A stretch of DNA of 64,000 nucleotides from Octopus sinensis (lineage: Eukaryota), in the NCBI RefSeq assembly GCF_006345805.1, contig NC_043011.1:49302464-49366463 (forward strand). The letters run 5' to 3'. Numbering within the stretch: the stretch's first letter is position 1; every line of letters begins with the position of its first letter. The notes below the pieces were generated by a model, which saw nothing but the letters and a program-made list of their open reading frames with translations, made no database searches and was not told the origin of the DNA. A program made the translations under genes and the position numbers. Positions 14,433-26,681 of the stretch are shown piece by piece.

Positions 14433-14827
14433 AAGCGAAGCTTGGAGAATAACAGGAAAGCTAGCACAAGAGCAGACATTAAAACAGTTCTGTTTATATT
14501 TTGAGATGTGGACATTGACAGGGGAGCAGACGTTTACATATCTGTGGTCTCTAGTGACAAATCTTGTGTAGCAGCGAGGCCTCGGCAGCAACTGGGACGC
14601 TATCAGAAGAGATTAAAATGATAGACATTGCTTGTTTTCACAATTTCTACTTGCTGTTCATTATCCACAAAGAATGATTAAGGCATAGCAAATGAATTAC
14701 GAGAGCACAGATATTACTCAGATGATAGCATTTTACCGGACATGTTGTGGGATATTAACTAATTTTACTACTAGTCGCCATTATTTATTCGTAAAAGTCA
14801 AGCTGCGGAGCAATATTGGATTGGAAA

Positions 14828-15344
14828 TCTATATATATAAAACTGTAGTTGTGTGAGTGTCTGTCTCCTACGATTTAGATTCCTAACTCCTCCGACATTT
14901 TGCGGTGCAGTTTAACCAAATTCGGGTATCTTATAGTCGTGATTCATATCGAGCCCTTCTGGCTATTAGCGCGCGTCTACGATGAGTCTACGATTTTAAA
15001 AATAATTTAACATCATTTTTTATTCCTTTTAATGCATAATTTTTCGTGTGTCGATGGCGGCGGAGGAGTTGGCGTCCACGCTCACACCTGCACCTGTGTT
15101 TGCTTCTCCCCCTTCTTCCCTCCCTCGTGAAGCTGTGGGGAAGGGAGTGTAAGGAAATCAACGTCGTAATGCGTTGTCAAGGAGACCAGCGTTCTTTTAG
15201 AACAACGACTTCATGGCTTGAAGACACCAAAACAGAAATGGCTAAGAAAGCCCGAATTGGCATCTATAAAGGAAGTAACTCTCTAAAAATGCTTATATAG
15301 TTATTTCCCTTACAAACCCGAGCAACGCCGGTCGATACTGCTAG
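14828..15344 (+). mobile_element. Non-autonomous Helitron, long variant
   Basis: A|TC start, cccgagcaacgccggtcg hairpin and CTAG|T end; extra ~220-bp GC-richer internal segment at 15045-15265. Confidence 0.75.
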
Positions 15345-15507
15345 TGTTTTACGAAAGACGTTATATTTCTTTAAGTTAATGAGGGTTTTGGTTAAACGTA
15401 ATATTAGATTGAATATTAATGAAGCTGTTGACCTGACCATTGACATAGTTTGAAGGGGAAAGTTGGCTGGTTAATTTTGAGTATATATTTCTAAAGTTAT
15501 CAACATA

Positions 15508-16057
15508 AACCAACCACATGGTTCCGGGTTCAGTCCCACTGCGTGGCATCTTGGGCAAGTGTCTTCTGCTATAGCCCCGGACCGACCAATGTCTTATGAG
15601 TGGATTTGGTAGACGGAAACTGAAAGAAGCGTGTCGTATATATGTATATATATATATATATATTAATAAATAAAACATATGCATATATATAAACATATAT
15701 GTACGTACCTACCTCTACATGTATATACACACGCATATATGAGTACAGGACACCAAAAAGACGTCGAACACAATGAGAAACGAAAACATAGACACAAACC
15801 GAAGGAACTGGACATTTTTTTAAACAACAGTGTGTGTGTGTTTGTGTGTCTGTGTTTGTGTGTCTGTGTTTGTCCCCCTAGCATTGCTTGACAACCGATG
15901 CTGGTGTGTTTACGTCCCTCCGTCACTTAGAGGTTCGGCAAAAAGAGACCGATAGAATAAGTACTGGGCTTACAAAGAATAAGTCCCGGGGTCGATTTGC
16001 TCGACTAAAGGCGGTGCTCCAGCATGGCCGCAGTCAAATGACTGAAACAAGTAAAAG
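15508..16057 (+). mobile_element. Family B SINE, 5'-truncated, expanded internal microsatellite
   Basis: accaaccacatggttccggg ... gactgaaacaagtaaaagg. Confidence 0.85.
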
Positions 16058-16457
16058 GAAAAAAAACCCCAAAAAACCTTCTTAAATAAACGGAAGTGGA
16101 CATCGAATATATATATATGTATTCTTTTATGTGTGTGTGTGTATGTATTATATAATATATACGCATGCAGTCTTTCTTTTTACTTCCTACTTCTTTCTTT
16201 GTCATTCTGTATTGATTTATGTTTTCTAATTCCAATTTCGAACTAGTGTTTACAAATGTATGACGCTTAATTATACACGTACACGCGCGCGCACACACAA
16301 ATAGATATATACATAGATAGATAGATAGATATGAAACATAAATATATACAAAAACATATATTGATATATATATATATATATATATTATAATATATATATA
16401 TATATATAGATGCGAATGTCTGTGCAAGAACTATATATATATATATATATATGTGTG

Positions 16458-16526
<69 letters not shown>

Positions 16527-16675
16527 GTGTGTGCCGGCCGACAGACTACCTCTGTCTGTGTGTCCATTTTTGTCCTCGTATTGTCTTTACTTTCTTTTTT
16601 TTTCTCCTGTCTGTTTTACTGTCTCTTACAGAGGTGAGATTTCACGTCTGTTAAAACCCAAAAGAACATCGTCAA

Positions 16676-16680
16676 TAATA

Positions 16681-16776
<96 letters not shown>

Positions 16777-16829
16777 TAATAATATAATAATAATATAATG
16801 ATAATAATAATAATAATAATAATATAATG

Positions 16830-16861
<32 letters not shown>

Positions 16862-16885
16862 CATAATAATATAATAATAATAATG

Positions 16886-16919
<34 letters not shown>

Positions 16920-16921
16920 TA

Positions 16922-16975
<54 letters not shown>
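16676..16975. repeat. (TAA)n microsatellite
   Basis: Direct reading. Confidence 0.95.
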
Positions 16976-17416
16976 TACTAAGATGAAGATTGCGCACGAT
17001 ATGTGTGTATACGGACGTATGCGAATACATGTATGCGTATGTGCGTTTGTATCATTTGGTGTGTATATCAGCAATCGTATGTATATGTAGTGTGTATGTA
17101 GTGTGATTATTAGCGCGCGTGTGTGCGTGTGTGCGTGTATCTGTGCCTACATGTATGTACATGTGTGTATATGTGTGTGGTCCAACTTTAATAAATATTA
17201 TCCAGAGAGTCTGGTACATGCGGAATTGATGTAAAATGTCATGAGACGGAAATGGAGAAAGAGACAGACAGACAGACAGAAAAGTGGAGGATGATGGGGA
17301 GGGAGAGAGGGATAGGGGGAGTCTAATAAAGAGGAATGCATATACACACACAGATACATACAAATATATATATATACACACATATATACACACACACATA
17401 TATATATACACACACG

Positions 17417-17453
<37 letters not shown>

Positions 17454-17724
17454 GCATATATATACACACACACATATATATACACACACACACACATATA
17501 CACACACGAACACACATACACACACACACATATATATTGTGACAGAGTGAGGGGGAAGAGAGAATTTTTTTTTAATGTAAAGACCAAAAAAAACTGAGAT
17601 CAGATAAAACGAAGCAAAAATATTTAAAAAATAATGAAAGAAATTTTTAAAGAAAGAGATGAAACAAGATGGAGACGGGAAGGAGTGAATGGAAAATGTC
17701 TGATAAAGTGAATGAATATATAAA

Positions 17725-18287
17725 CTCGGTATGCTCAACCTTTTTCGAGAAGCGGGCCGCATGAGACATGGGTTACCATCAGGCGGGCCGCATGAAACAT
17801 GGCTTACCATCAGGCGGGCCGCATGAGACATGGGTTACCATCAGGCAGGCCGCATGAGACATGGCTTACCATCAGGCAGGCCGCATGAGACATGGCTTAC
17901 CATCAGGCAGGCCGCATGAGACATGGCTTACAATCAGGCAGGCCGCATGAGACATGGGTTACCATCAGGCGGGCCGCATGAAACATGGCTTACCATCAGG
18001 CGGGCCGCATGAGACATGGGTTACCATCAGGCAGGCCGCATGAGACATGGCTTACCATCAGGCAGGCCGCATGAGACATGGCTTACCATCAGGCAGGCCG
18101 CATGAGACATGGCTTACCATCAGGCAGGCCGCATGAGACATGGGTTACCATCAGGCAGGCCGCATGAGACATGGGTTACCATCAGGCAGGCCGCATAAGA
18201 CATGGCTTACAATCAGGCGGGGCACACTACTAATGAAGAATGAAGGGCCATTCAAAAATCTTGCGGGCCACAGCTTGCCCATGACTG
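17725..18287. mobile_element. hAT/Charlie-like MITE containing a minisatellite
   Basis: Left end ctcggtatgctcaacctttt..gcgggccgc and right end gcgggccacagcttgcccatgactg resemble Charlie-type termini; no TSD seen. Confidence 0.5.
17752..18216. repeat. 31-bp GC-rich minisatellite, 15 copies
   Basis: Unit gc(g/a)ggccgcatgagacatgg(g/c)ttaccatcag; 465 bp = 15 x 31. Confidence 0.95.
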
Positions 18288-18625
18288 AAACGAATGAAAG
18301 AATATTTAAAGAAAGAAATGAATGAGTTTTAGTGAACAGATGAATGAACGATTAAGCGTTTAAGGTGATTGGATGGAAAGAATCAAGCGAAATGAAGGAA
18401 TGAGTAACGAAGAGTGATTAAAAATTTGGATTGACATAAAGGATTGAGAGACAGGGATTAAATGAAAGGAAGGAGTGATTGAATAAAGAAATGAGTGATA
18501 GCGACTGATTGACAGAAGGGAATGAGTGATAGCTAAAAAGCTACAAAATAGATATGTTGATAGCATTGTCTTATCAATCAAAATACACCGTTTATTTATG
18601 AATAAACTATTTGCCCAATCACTAG

Positions 18626-18982
18626 CAGGGCCGTTGCTAGGAAGTGCGGGGCCCAATTGGAGAATTTGTCAATGAGGCCCCCTTCTCTTATAAATGCTGA
18701 AGATTGATGTTTTATGATTCGTGTAGTACGCCAGTCCCAGCCGAAAAGCGTCGAGGGCTTGAGGCTCCACCATTAGCTACAATGATGTACTAAACATTGA
18801 AAGCTCGTATGAAAATTGCAATGTTTTTATTATAAGTCGAGCATGTGTGTGTGTGTGGGGGGGTGCTCTCTCTTGGCGCGGGGCCCCTCTCCTGACGCGT
18901 GATATTCTCTTGGCTCGGGGCCCTCTTTTGGTGTAGGACCTAATTTGAACAAAGCTGTCAAACTGGCTTAAAACCGACCCTA
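18626..18982. mobile_element. hAT-like MITE
   Basis: Termini cagggccgttg / aaaccgaccct(a); degenerate 8-bp TSD atcactag / ctcattag. Confidence 0.55.
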
Positions 18983-20617
18983 CTCATTAGATACGTTGAC
19001 TGTATTTTGTCCTACACTAACACATCTGTAAATATACACAAGTATATAGTTACAAAATGGATTTGTTAAAAGCATTAGCCATTCAACGCAAGCACAAGTC
19101 TATAACCAAGTCTACACCTACAAATACAGTGTTTGTCCGTGTATAAGTGAATCTGTACATCAAAATTTTGAAGAAAACATTTTTGGTACTACTTTAACGT
19201 ACGGTCTACTGCAGCATCCGTAATCTATGCTGTAAAATGACAGTATGTACCGAAGCTTGAAGTTTGTTGCTCTCGAAAGAGATGCTTGGCTGACGCTCCG
19301 AAAGGAAGCCCATCGTTTTTCCTTTCTTCAAGCTGTCTAGTGGTAGAGGTGGCCGTGGTGGTGATAGGGTTGTTGTTGCCTCAAATTTTAAGGTATATGG
19401 TGAAGTGGTGACGGACCTCACCTTACAAGCCTGCCGTGGCTGGCGGATTTAACTAAATAAAATGAAGGAAACTTCTGGAGTGAATGACAGATCGTAGGTC
19501 TACCAGGTGTCGGATGTTTCCCCTTTCTTTTACTGCTGTCACGTGTTGCGACCGACCGATAGTCTATGAACTTAGATTTAGGCGTGCCATGAGTTCTAGG
19601 ACTCATAAGGACAGAGTTTAAACAGGTTTCCCTGACGTATAAGCAAGGCCGGATTAAGACCCATGAAGACACTGAATACTTCGAAGATTGTGCCCCCGTA
19701 AATAGTAAGTTAAATTATATAACATATCTTAATCTTTTATTAGTCAAAATGTGAAATTCCTGCTACAATTCAAGAAGCTTCAGCTTCTTATCCATCCATC
19801 AATCCATTCGTTCTTTCATTCATTCAGGGCCAGATTAAGACCCATAGAGACCCAGAGCACTTAAAAGATTTTGGTACACCAATATATGTGTGTAATTCTA
19901 AATATAAACAATAATAAACCAGAAAATAAATTTTTATTTTTGAAAATGAAATAAAACTAAAAGTAAGACGGAAAATAATGTTTATCTTTGCATACTTTCA
20001 CTTAATTTATATTTGGAAAGTTTTCTAATTTAAAAAAAAAGAAGAAAATTATTGCAAACTTTTTAATCAGATCGTCATTATAAGAGCATGAACACTTAAA
20101 GGTAATAGTTACGATCATATTAGCCATTTCAAATATTATTTTTGCAAGTTTAAAGTGATTTTCTTTTGTGCCGTAAACCATTTACCATTTCAGTGATGCC
20201 ATCGATGACCTAAACTTTTTTTTTTCTAGTTTCAGCTCAGAGCTGCGGCCATGCTGATGCACCGCCGTTAACTTGTGCATATTTTACTTAATGATTAATC
20301 CATCGCAGGTTCAACTTCCCAGATATTATCCCAGATATTATTGAAACTCATTTGCAGCTGAATGAACTGGAAGAATATCACAGGAAGAATTCCGTGCAAG
20401 AATACACGGCACCGCCCGCTTCGGGAATCGAAACAACGACCTTACGATCGAGAGTACAACACTATGTCGATAGTAATCGAAGTTGAAAAACAAAAAGAAA
20501 GTTAATGGAAAAATGTTTCAGTAGTCAACAAGCTCGCTTTGCAATGATGTAGTTTCAGGTTCGGTTCCGTTGTGCATTACCTTGGGCTCGTATTACTTTT
20601 TTTTAGCCCTAGCTTGT

Positions 20618-20940
20618 GAAGGCGCATGGCTCAGTGGTTAGAGCGACGAGCTTACGATCGTGAGATTGTGAGTTCGAATCCCAGACCAGGCTGCATGTTG
20701 TGTTCTTGAGCAAGACACTTTATTTCACGTTCCTCCAGTTCACTCAGCTGTAGAAATGAATTGCGACGTCACAGGTGCCAAGCTGTATTGGCCTTGGATA
20801 ACACTGGTGGCGTGGAGAGGAGGAGGACGGTATGCATGGAAGACTGTTGGTCTTCCATAAACAACCTTGCCTGGACTTGTGCCTGGGAGGGTAACTTCCT
20901 AGGTGCAATCTCATGGTCAGTCATGACTGAAGGGGTCTCA
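20618..20940 (+). mobile_element. Family D tRNA-derived SINE
   Basis: A-box tggctcagtggtta, B-box gagttcgaatcc, body gtgttcttgagcaagacactt. Confidence 0.8.
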
Positions 20941-21512
20941 GAGCCTTGGACCGACCAATGCCTTATGAGTGATTTTGTGAACGGAATAGAACAAGTTTCG
21001 CGTAAGTCGGACCAGTAGTTATTGGGATATTCGGGGTTGAGCGTGTATAAATACCCAAAACGGTGCATCATGGGAAAATACTCCGAGGGGATGAATCTCT
21101 AAACTTTCCATTGGACGCATTATGATGGGCAAAATATTTTGGAATAGACCCGTTTATAATCTCGGTATGAAAGATTTTTCTTTCGAGTGCATTCGACTTA
21201 TCTCACTTCCAAAGATTTGGCTGCTATTTCTAGCACACCCTGCTACTACGTAACAGCTATTTGCAATAAAGGACCCGAAATACCCGTTACGTGGTAGCAG
21301 GGTGTGCAAGAAATAGAAACCAAATCTTTCCTTTTCTGGGGAAGGAGGCCATTTACGCGTGCTTTCGATGTCACATTCGTTGAAAGCATGCGAAATAACC
21401 CGGAAAAGAAAACAAAACCCCTCGAAACTCCATTGCTGGGAAACTCAGGTTTTTTCAGTATCTTGAATTATTGGTGAGCCAACGGGTCACGGGTAGTCTA
21501 GTCTTAATTAGA

Positions 21513-21904
21513 GTGGAGGCGCAATGGCCCAGTGGTTAGGGCAGCGGACTCGCGGTCGTAGGATCGCGGTTTCGATTCCCAGACCGGGCGTTGTGAGTGT
21601 TTATTGAGCGAAAACACCTAAAGCTCCACGAGGCTCCGGCAGGGGATGGTGGTGATCCCTGCTGTACTCTTTCACCACAACTTTCTCTCACTCTTACTTC
21701 CTGTTTCTGTTGTACCTGTATTTCAAAGGGCCGGCCTTGTCACTCTCTGTGACACGCTGAATATCCCCGAGAACTACGTTAAGGGTGCACGTGTCTGTGG
21801 AGTGCTCAGCCACTTACACGTTAATTTCACGAGCAGGCTGTTCCGTTGATTCGGATCAACCGGAACCCTCATCGTCGTAACCGACGGAGTGCTTCCATCC
21901 ATCC
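21513..21904 (+). mobile_element. Full-length family C tRNA-derived SINE with 13-bp TSD
   Basis: A-box tggcccagtggtta, B-box ggtttcgattccc; TSD agtcttaattaga at 21500-21512 and 21905-21917. Confidence 0.9.
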
Positions 21905-22078
21905 AGTCTTAATTAGATACCTGCGCTTAATATGAAAGATTACTCTGATGCAATGTGGCTGTGTTTAGGCATCGAATGTAAAACAAATACCTCGATCACG
22001 TAACTCCCTAATAGAGCGGTTGAGGTTGGTCGAATTTTTAGAGCATTGAATAAAAACATTATTCTACAGTAATTTCTT

Positions 22079-22498
22079 CCTGATCTTTATCTTGTAGGTT
22101 CAAATTCTTCCGAGCTCAAACTGTCTTTTTTCATTCCTCCAGTGGGGTCCTGATCTTTAACTTGTAGGTTCAAATTCTTCCGAGCTCAAACTGTCTTTTT
22201 TCATTCCTCCAGTGGGGTCCTGATCTTTATCTTGTAGGTTCAAATTCTTCCGAGCTCAAACTGTCTTTTTTCATTCCTCCAGTGGGGTCCTGATCTTTAA
22301 CTTGTAGGTTCAAATTCTTCCGAGCTCAAACTGTCTTTTTTCATTCCTCCAGTGGGGTCCTGATCTTTATCTTGTAGGTTCAAATTCTTCCGAGCTCAAA
22401 CTGTCTTTTTTCATTCCTCCAGTGGGGTCCTGATCTTTATCTTGTAGGTTCAAATTCTTCCGAGCTCAAACTGTCTTTTTTCATTCCTCCAGTGGGGT
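22079..22498 (+). repeat. 70-bp tandem repeat x6 derived from a SINE B-box region
   Basis: tgatcttta at 22081, 22151, 22221, 22291, 22361 and 22431; each unit carries ggttcaaattc. Confidence 0.95.
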
Positions 22499-22874
22499 CG
22501 ATCAACTAAAATGGCAATCTAGAACTGGGGAAAAGTTCGACCAACTCGCCCCTCTTGGAATTGCTAGCCTTTTTAGGGTTAGCCGAATCGAAAGAGCGTC
22601 GAACAAAGAAAACTATTTTGCGAGAATTTGTTCCTGATCTTTGCGTTGAACGTTCAAATTCTCCTAAGACCGACTTTGTCTTTTTTTCATTCCTCCAGGT
22701 GGTGCCGATCAATTAAAATATCAACCTAGAATTGGTAGCGGGGTCGACCTCATCCACCAAACTCGCTCCTATCGAAATTACAAACCTTCTTATGGTTAGC
22801 CGAATCGATAGAGCGTCGAACAAAAAAAAAAAAAACTAATTTGCGGAAATTCGTTCATGATCTTTATGTTGTAT

Positions 22875-23258
22875 CTCTTTTACTCTTTTACTTGTTTCAG
22901 TCATTTGACTGCGGCCATGCTGGAGCACCGCCTTTAATCGAGCAACTCGACCCCCGGGACTTATTCTTTTGTAAGCCCAGTACTTATTCCATCGGTCTCT
23001 TTTGCCGAACCGCTAAGTAACGGGGACATAAACACACCAGCATCGGTTGTCAAGCAATGCTAGGGGGACAAACACAAACACACACACACACACGCATATA
23101 TATACATATATACGACAGGCTTCTTTCAGTTTCCTTCTACCAAATCCACTCACAAGGCTTTGGTCAGCCCGAGGCTATAGTAGAAGACACTTGCCCAAGT
23201 TGCCACGCAGTGGGGTTGAACCCGGAACCATGTGGTTGGTAAACAAGCTACTTACCAC
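22875..23258 (-). mobile_element. Family B SINE inserted in an older SINE-like tandem unit
   Basis: Near-consensus copy; the flanks ttgta | cgttcaaattc rejoin the older unit. Confidence 0.9.
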
Positions 23259-23848
23259 GTTCAAATTCTACCGAGATCACCTTTGTCTTTTTTTTTTCAT
23301 TCTTCCAGGTGGTGTCGATCAATTAGAATAGCAATCTAGAACAGCTAGCGGGGGTCGTCGACCTCATCCACCATCTCTCTCCCTTCATATTCGTTAGCCT
23401 TCTACCTTAACCAGAAACCATCATTAATGCTTCATTTGAATAGCGTTTTAATCGTTAAAAGACCAATATTCAGCCTTGACATACATGTAATTACAAGGTA
23501 CTTAACAATTAAGTCATATTATTAATTATATACTAGCAGGATCGATTCTGTTCAAATCGATTGTAACTGTTAGCATATCCCGTACCACCACCCGCAAGCA
23601 CCCGGTCCCCACCCGTTATTGCTAGTAATAGCTCTCAAGCACGCATTTACTATATAATTCCTCTTCTTGCTTTCTCTTCATTCTCGTTTGATTCCTCCTC
23701 TTCTTTCTTTCTCTGTCACGTCAAACAACTCTCTTCTCTCCATATCCATTAGGTGGCTTCTTCAATAGTTTAGCTCTTCCGTCGCTCTAACTAAACTCTC
23801 TCCCCTCCTTCTCGCTCACTATCTATCTATCGAGTTATCTGTCTATTC

Positions 23849-23879
<31 letters not shown>

Positions 23880-23884
23880 ATATC

Positions 23885-23981
23885 ACCACCATGATCACCA
23901 TGACCGACCATCGCTGGTCATAATGCGCTTCGCATTGTTTTAGCCTTCAAATGACGCCACCCCGCTGGCCAAGCAAGCAGG

Positions 23982-24013
<32 letters not shown>

Positions 24014-24115
24014 ACCACCATGATCACCATGACCGACCATCGCTGGTCATAATGCGCTTCGCATTGTTTTAGCCTTCAAATGACGCCACCCCGCTGGCCA
24101 AGCAAGCAGGCCAAT
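23885..24115 (-). repeat. Exact 102-bp duplication of a SINE 3' end, separated by (TA)n
   Basis: 23885-23986 = 24014-24115; reverse complement matches the tail at ~53785-53900. Confidence 0.9.
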
Positions 24116-24129
24116 ATATATATATTATA

Positions 24130-24189
<60 letters not shown>

Positions 24190-24218
24190 CTTCTATATAT
24201 CTCTCTGTCTATCTATCT

Positions 24219-24267
<49 letters not shown>

Positions 24268-24284
24268 ATATTATATATATATAT

Positions 24285-24430
24285 TTCTTTACTACCCACA
24301 AGGGGCTAAACGCAGAGGGGACAAACAAGGACAGACAAAGGTATTAAGTCGATTACGTCGATTCCAGTGCGTAACTGGTACTTAATTTATCGACCCCGAA
24401 AGGATGAAAGGCAAAGTCGACCTCGGCGGT
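24285..24430 (-). mobile_element. Family A SINE 3' part
   Basis: atttctttactacccacaaggggct...gtcgacctcggcgg. Confidence 0.85.
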
Positions 24431-24993
24431 ACACACACACACATATCTTTATATCACCCTATTTTATTTATATTTTTAACCCTCATTCACAATATATGTT
24501 AATCCATCCGGTTTTTTACACAGTAGGTAAGAAGCAAGATTGTACCTTGAATGTACCCTCTATGTAAAACCTTTATAGGTTAATAAAGAAATATTTATAT
24601 CACCCTATTTATCTATCTATCTTTCTATATATCCACCTATCTATCTTTTTATCTATCTATCAGCGTGTTCGGGGTAAATTTGACATTTTATGTTTCATTT
24701 ATTTCAAGATCAGCTTCATGTATTAATGAACAATAAACAATGTTGAAGAAAATAAAGATTAAAGTTGAATAAAGATTAAAGTTGAATAAAGATTAAAGTT
24801 GAATAAAGGTTAAAGTTAGCAGAGAACTGGAAGTCATCTGAATATTGGTTTCAAATTTCGACACAAGACCATCTATTTCTTTATTACCCCCAAGGGGCTA
24901 CACAAAGAATGGGACGAATACAAAACGTGACAAACATAAACTCGGGATTTAATAAGAAAAAGATATGACAACGATTATCTTATGAACTTCATT

Positions 24994-25074
24994 GGCTTAC
25001 AGCTGTTTCGGCTATTAGATGCAGTGGACTCATAGACGAATGCCTGAGTAACACTTTATAGTTTCATCGGAGCC
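24994..25074 (-). ncRNA. Type I hammerhead-like motif with long loop II and palindromic loop III
   Basis: Minus strand GGCU CCGAUGA AACUAU-(42 nt)-AUAGCC GAAAC AGCU GUA AGCC; core C3-U4 reads CC. Confidence 0.45.
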
Positions 25075-25354
25075 TTGGCCAAAGATTAACGCTGACCATG
25101 TGTGTTAAGCCATTTTCGAAAGACGTTTTGTGCTATATGGCCCATTTAAAGAAGGGAGCTGTTAACTGAGATATATTCAGGTATAGTTGACTGAAGAAAT
25201 TTGTCGAGGTTTCATTTGGGAGTAATGGCTTCTGTTTGTTCTTTGATTTATTAATGACCTACAAGGACACCGTATTTCGTTATTCTACAAAGTATATTAA
25301 ACGTTTTTATAAGCCAATACTGTGTACTCCTGTGTTAGCAGTGCTATTAAATCA

Positions 25355-25772
25355 CTCTCTTTTACTTGTTTTTGTCATTTGAATGTGGCCATGCTGGAGC
25401 ACCGACTTTTAGTCGAGCAAATCAACCCCAGGATTTATTTTTGTAAGCCTAGTACTTATTCTATCGGTCTCTTTTCCCGAACCGCTAAGTTACGGGGACG
25501 TAAACACATCAGCATCGGTTGTCAAGCGATGTTGGGGGACAAACAGAGACACACACGCACACACACACCACACATACACACACATATATATATATATACA
25601 TATATACGACGGGCTTCTTTCAGTTTCCGTCTACCAAATCCACTCACAAGCCTTTGGTCGACCCGAGGCTATAGTAGAAGACACTTGTTCAAGGTGTCAC
25701 GCAGTGGGACTGAACCCGGAACCATGTGGTTGGTAGGCAAACTTCTTACTACACAACCACTCTTACGCCTAT
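25355..25772 (-). mobile_element. Full-length family B SINE
   Basis: Head ataggcgtaagagtgg, tail caagtaaaagagag. Confidence 0.9.
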
Positions 25773-25773
25773 G

Positions 25774-25845
25774 AAAATATGGAACGCTTCACGAATTTGC
25801 GTGTCATCCTTGCGCAGAGGCCATGCTAATCTTCTCTGTATCGTT
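25774..25845 (-). pseudogene. RNU6: 5'-truncated U6 snRNA copy (3' two-thirds)
   Basis: Reverse complement AACGATACAGAGAAGATTAGCATGGCCTCTGCGCAAGGATGACACGCAAATTCGTGAAGCGTTCCATATTTT: 72 nt with one mismatch to canonical metazoan U6; lacks the 5' stem-loop. Confidence 0.95.
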
Positions 25846-25993
25846 AAGGTTATCTCAACAGATTTTCTATAGAAATTATTTGCTTTGGAATAATTTTAAA
25901 TGAAGGAAGGCCTGTTTAGGAAAAAAAAACTGTATCGCAGTGAATCTATGTATTCTTTTGATTGGTCCAGTCGTTGGGCTACGGACATATTGA

Positions 25994-26212
25994 GGCGGCG
26001 AGCTGGTAGACTCGTTAGCACGCCGGGCGAAATGCATAGCCGTATTTCGTCTGCTGTTAACGTTCTGAGTTCAAATTCCGCCGAGGTCGACTTTGCCTTT
26101 CATCCTTTCAGGGTCGATAAATTAAGTACCAGTTACGCCCTGGGGTCGATGTAATCGACATAATCCGTTTGTCCCTTCTGTGTTTAGCCCCTTGTGGGCA
26201 GTAGTGAAATAC
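25994..26212 (+). mobile_element. Family A SINE
   Basis: ggcggcgagctggtag...gagttcaaattccgccgagg...gccccttgtgggcagtagtgaaat. Confidence 0.85.
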
Positions 26213-26628
26213 ATATTGGAGGCTCATCTTCGAATAAGTGATAAAGCGAACAAATAAAATATCCCCTTCAGCTTATTCCAAGACCAGTAATAACGTCCAA
26301 TGTCCAGTATCCTCGTAACTGTTCGACGTTGGACGAAGGGAAAAAAATGACAGCGACAATTTGAGGAACTGTGGGAGAGACTAACAGATAATTCTTTATC
26401 TTGGCTTACAGTAGAGACAAGTGAAAGAAAGGCCGAAGCTGAGAGTTAAAGAGCAAGAGCAGAAACATTGAAACAAGTTTGTCTCATGAGGAAAGCAACA
26501 TTTTAATCATTTATTTACATTAAAAATCTGACAGATTTAAGAGACATTTATTTTAGAAGTCACAGTATGGTGTGTATGTGTGTATGCGTATCTCTGTGTA
26601 TGTGTGCATATACATATATATATATATA

Positions 26629-26681
<53 letters not shown>

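Noticed and set aside
17752-18216. CRISPR-like regular 31-bp array (also the 70-bp array at 22079-22498)
   Set aside because: No unique spacers, no cas genes, eukaryotic context
19206-19421. Unique GC-richer stretch with a 71-aa minus-strand ORF and an ALERDAW motif on the plus strand
   Set aside because: No recognisable domain; similarity to RTE C-termini too weak to call
21513-21590. Possible tRNA genes at SINE heads
   Set aside because: A/B boxes are present but acceptor and anticodon stems do not pair, and each head continues into a SINE body
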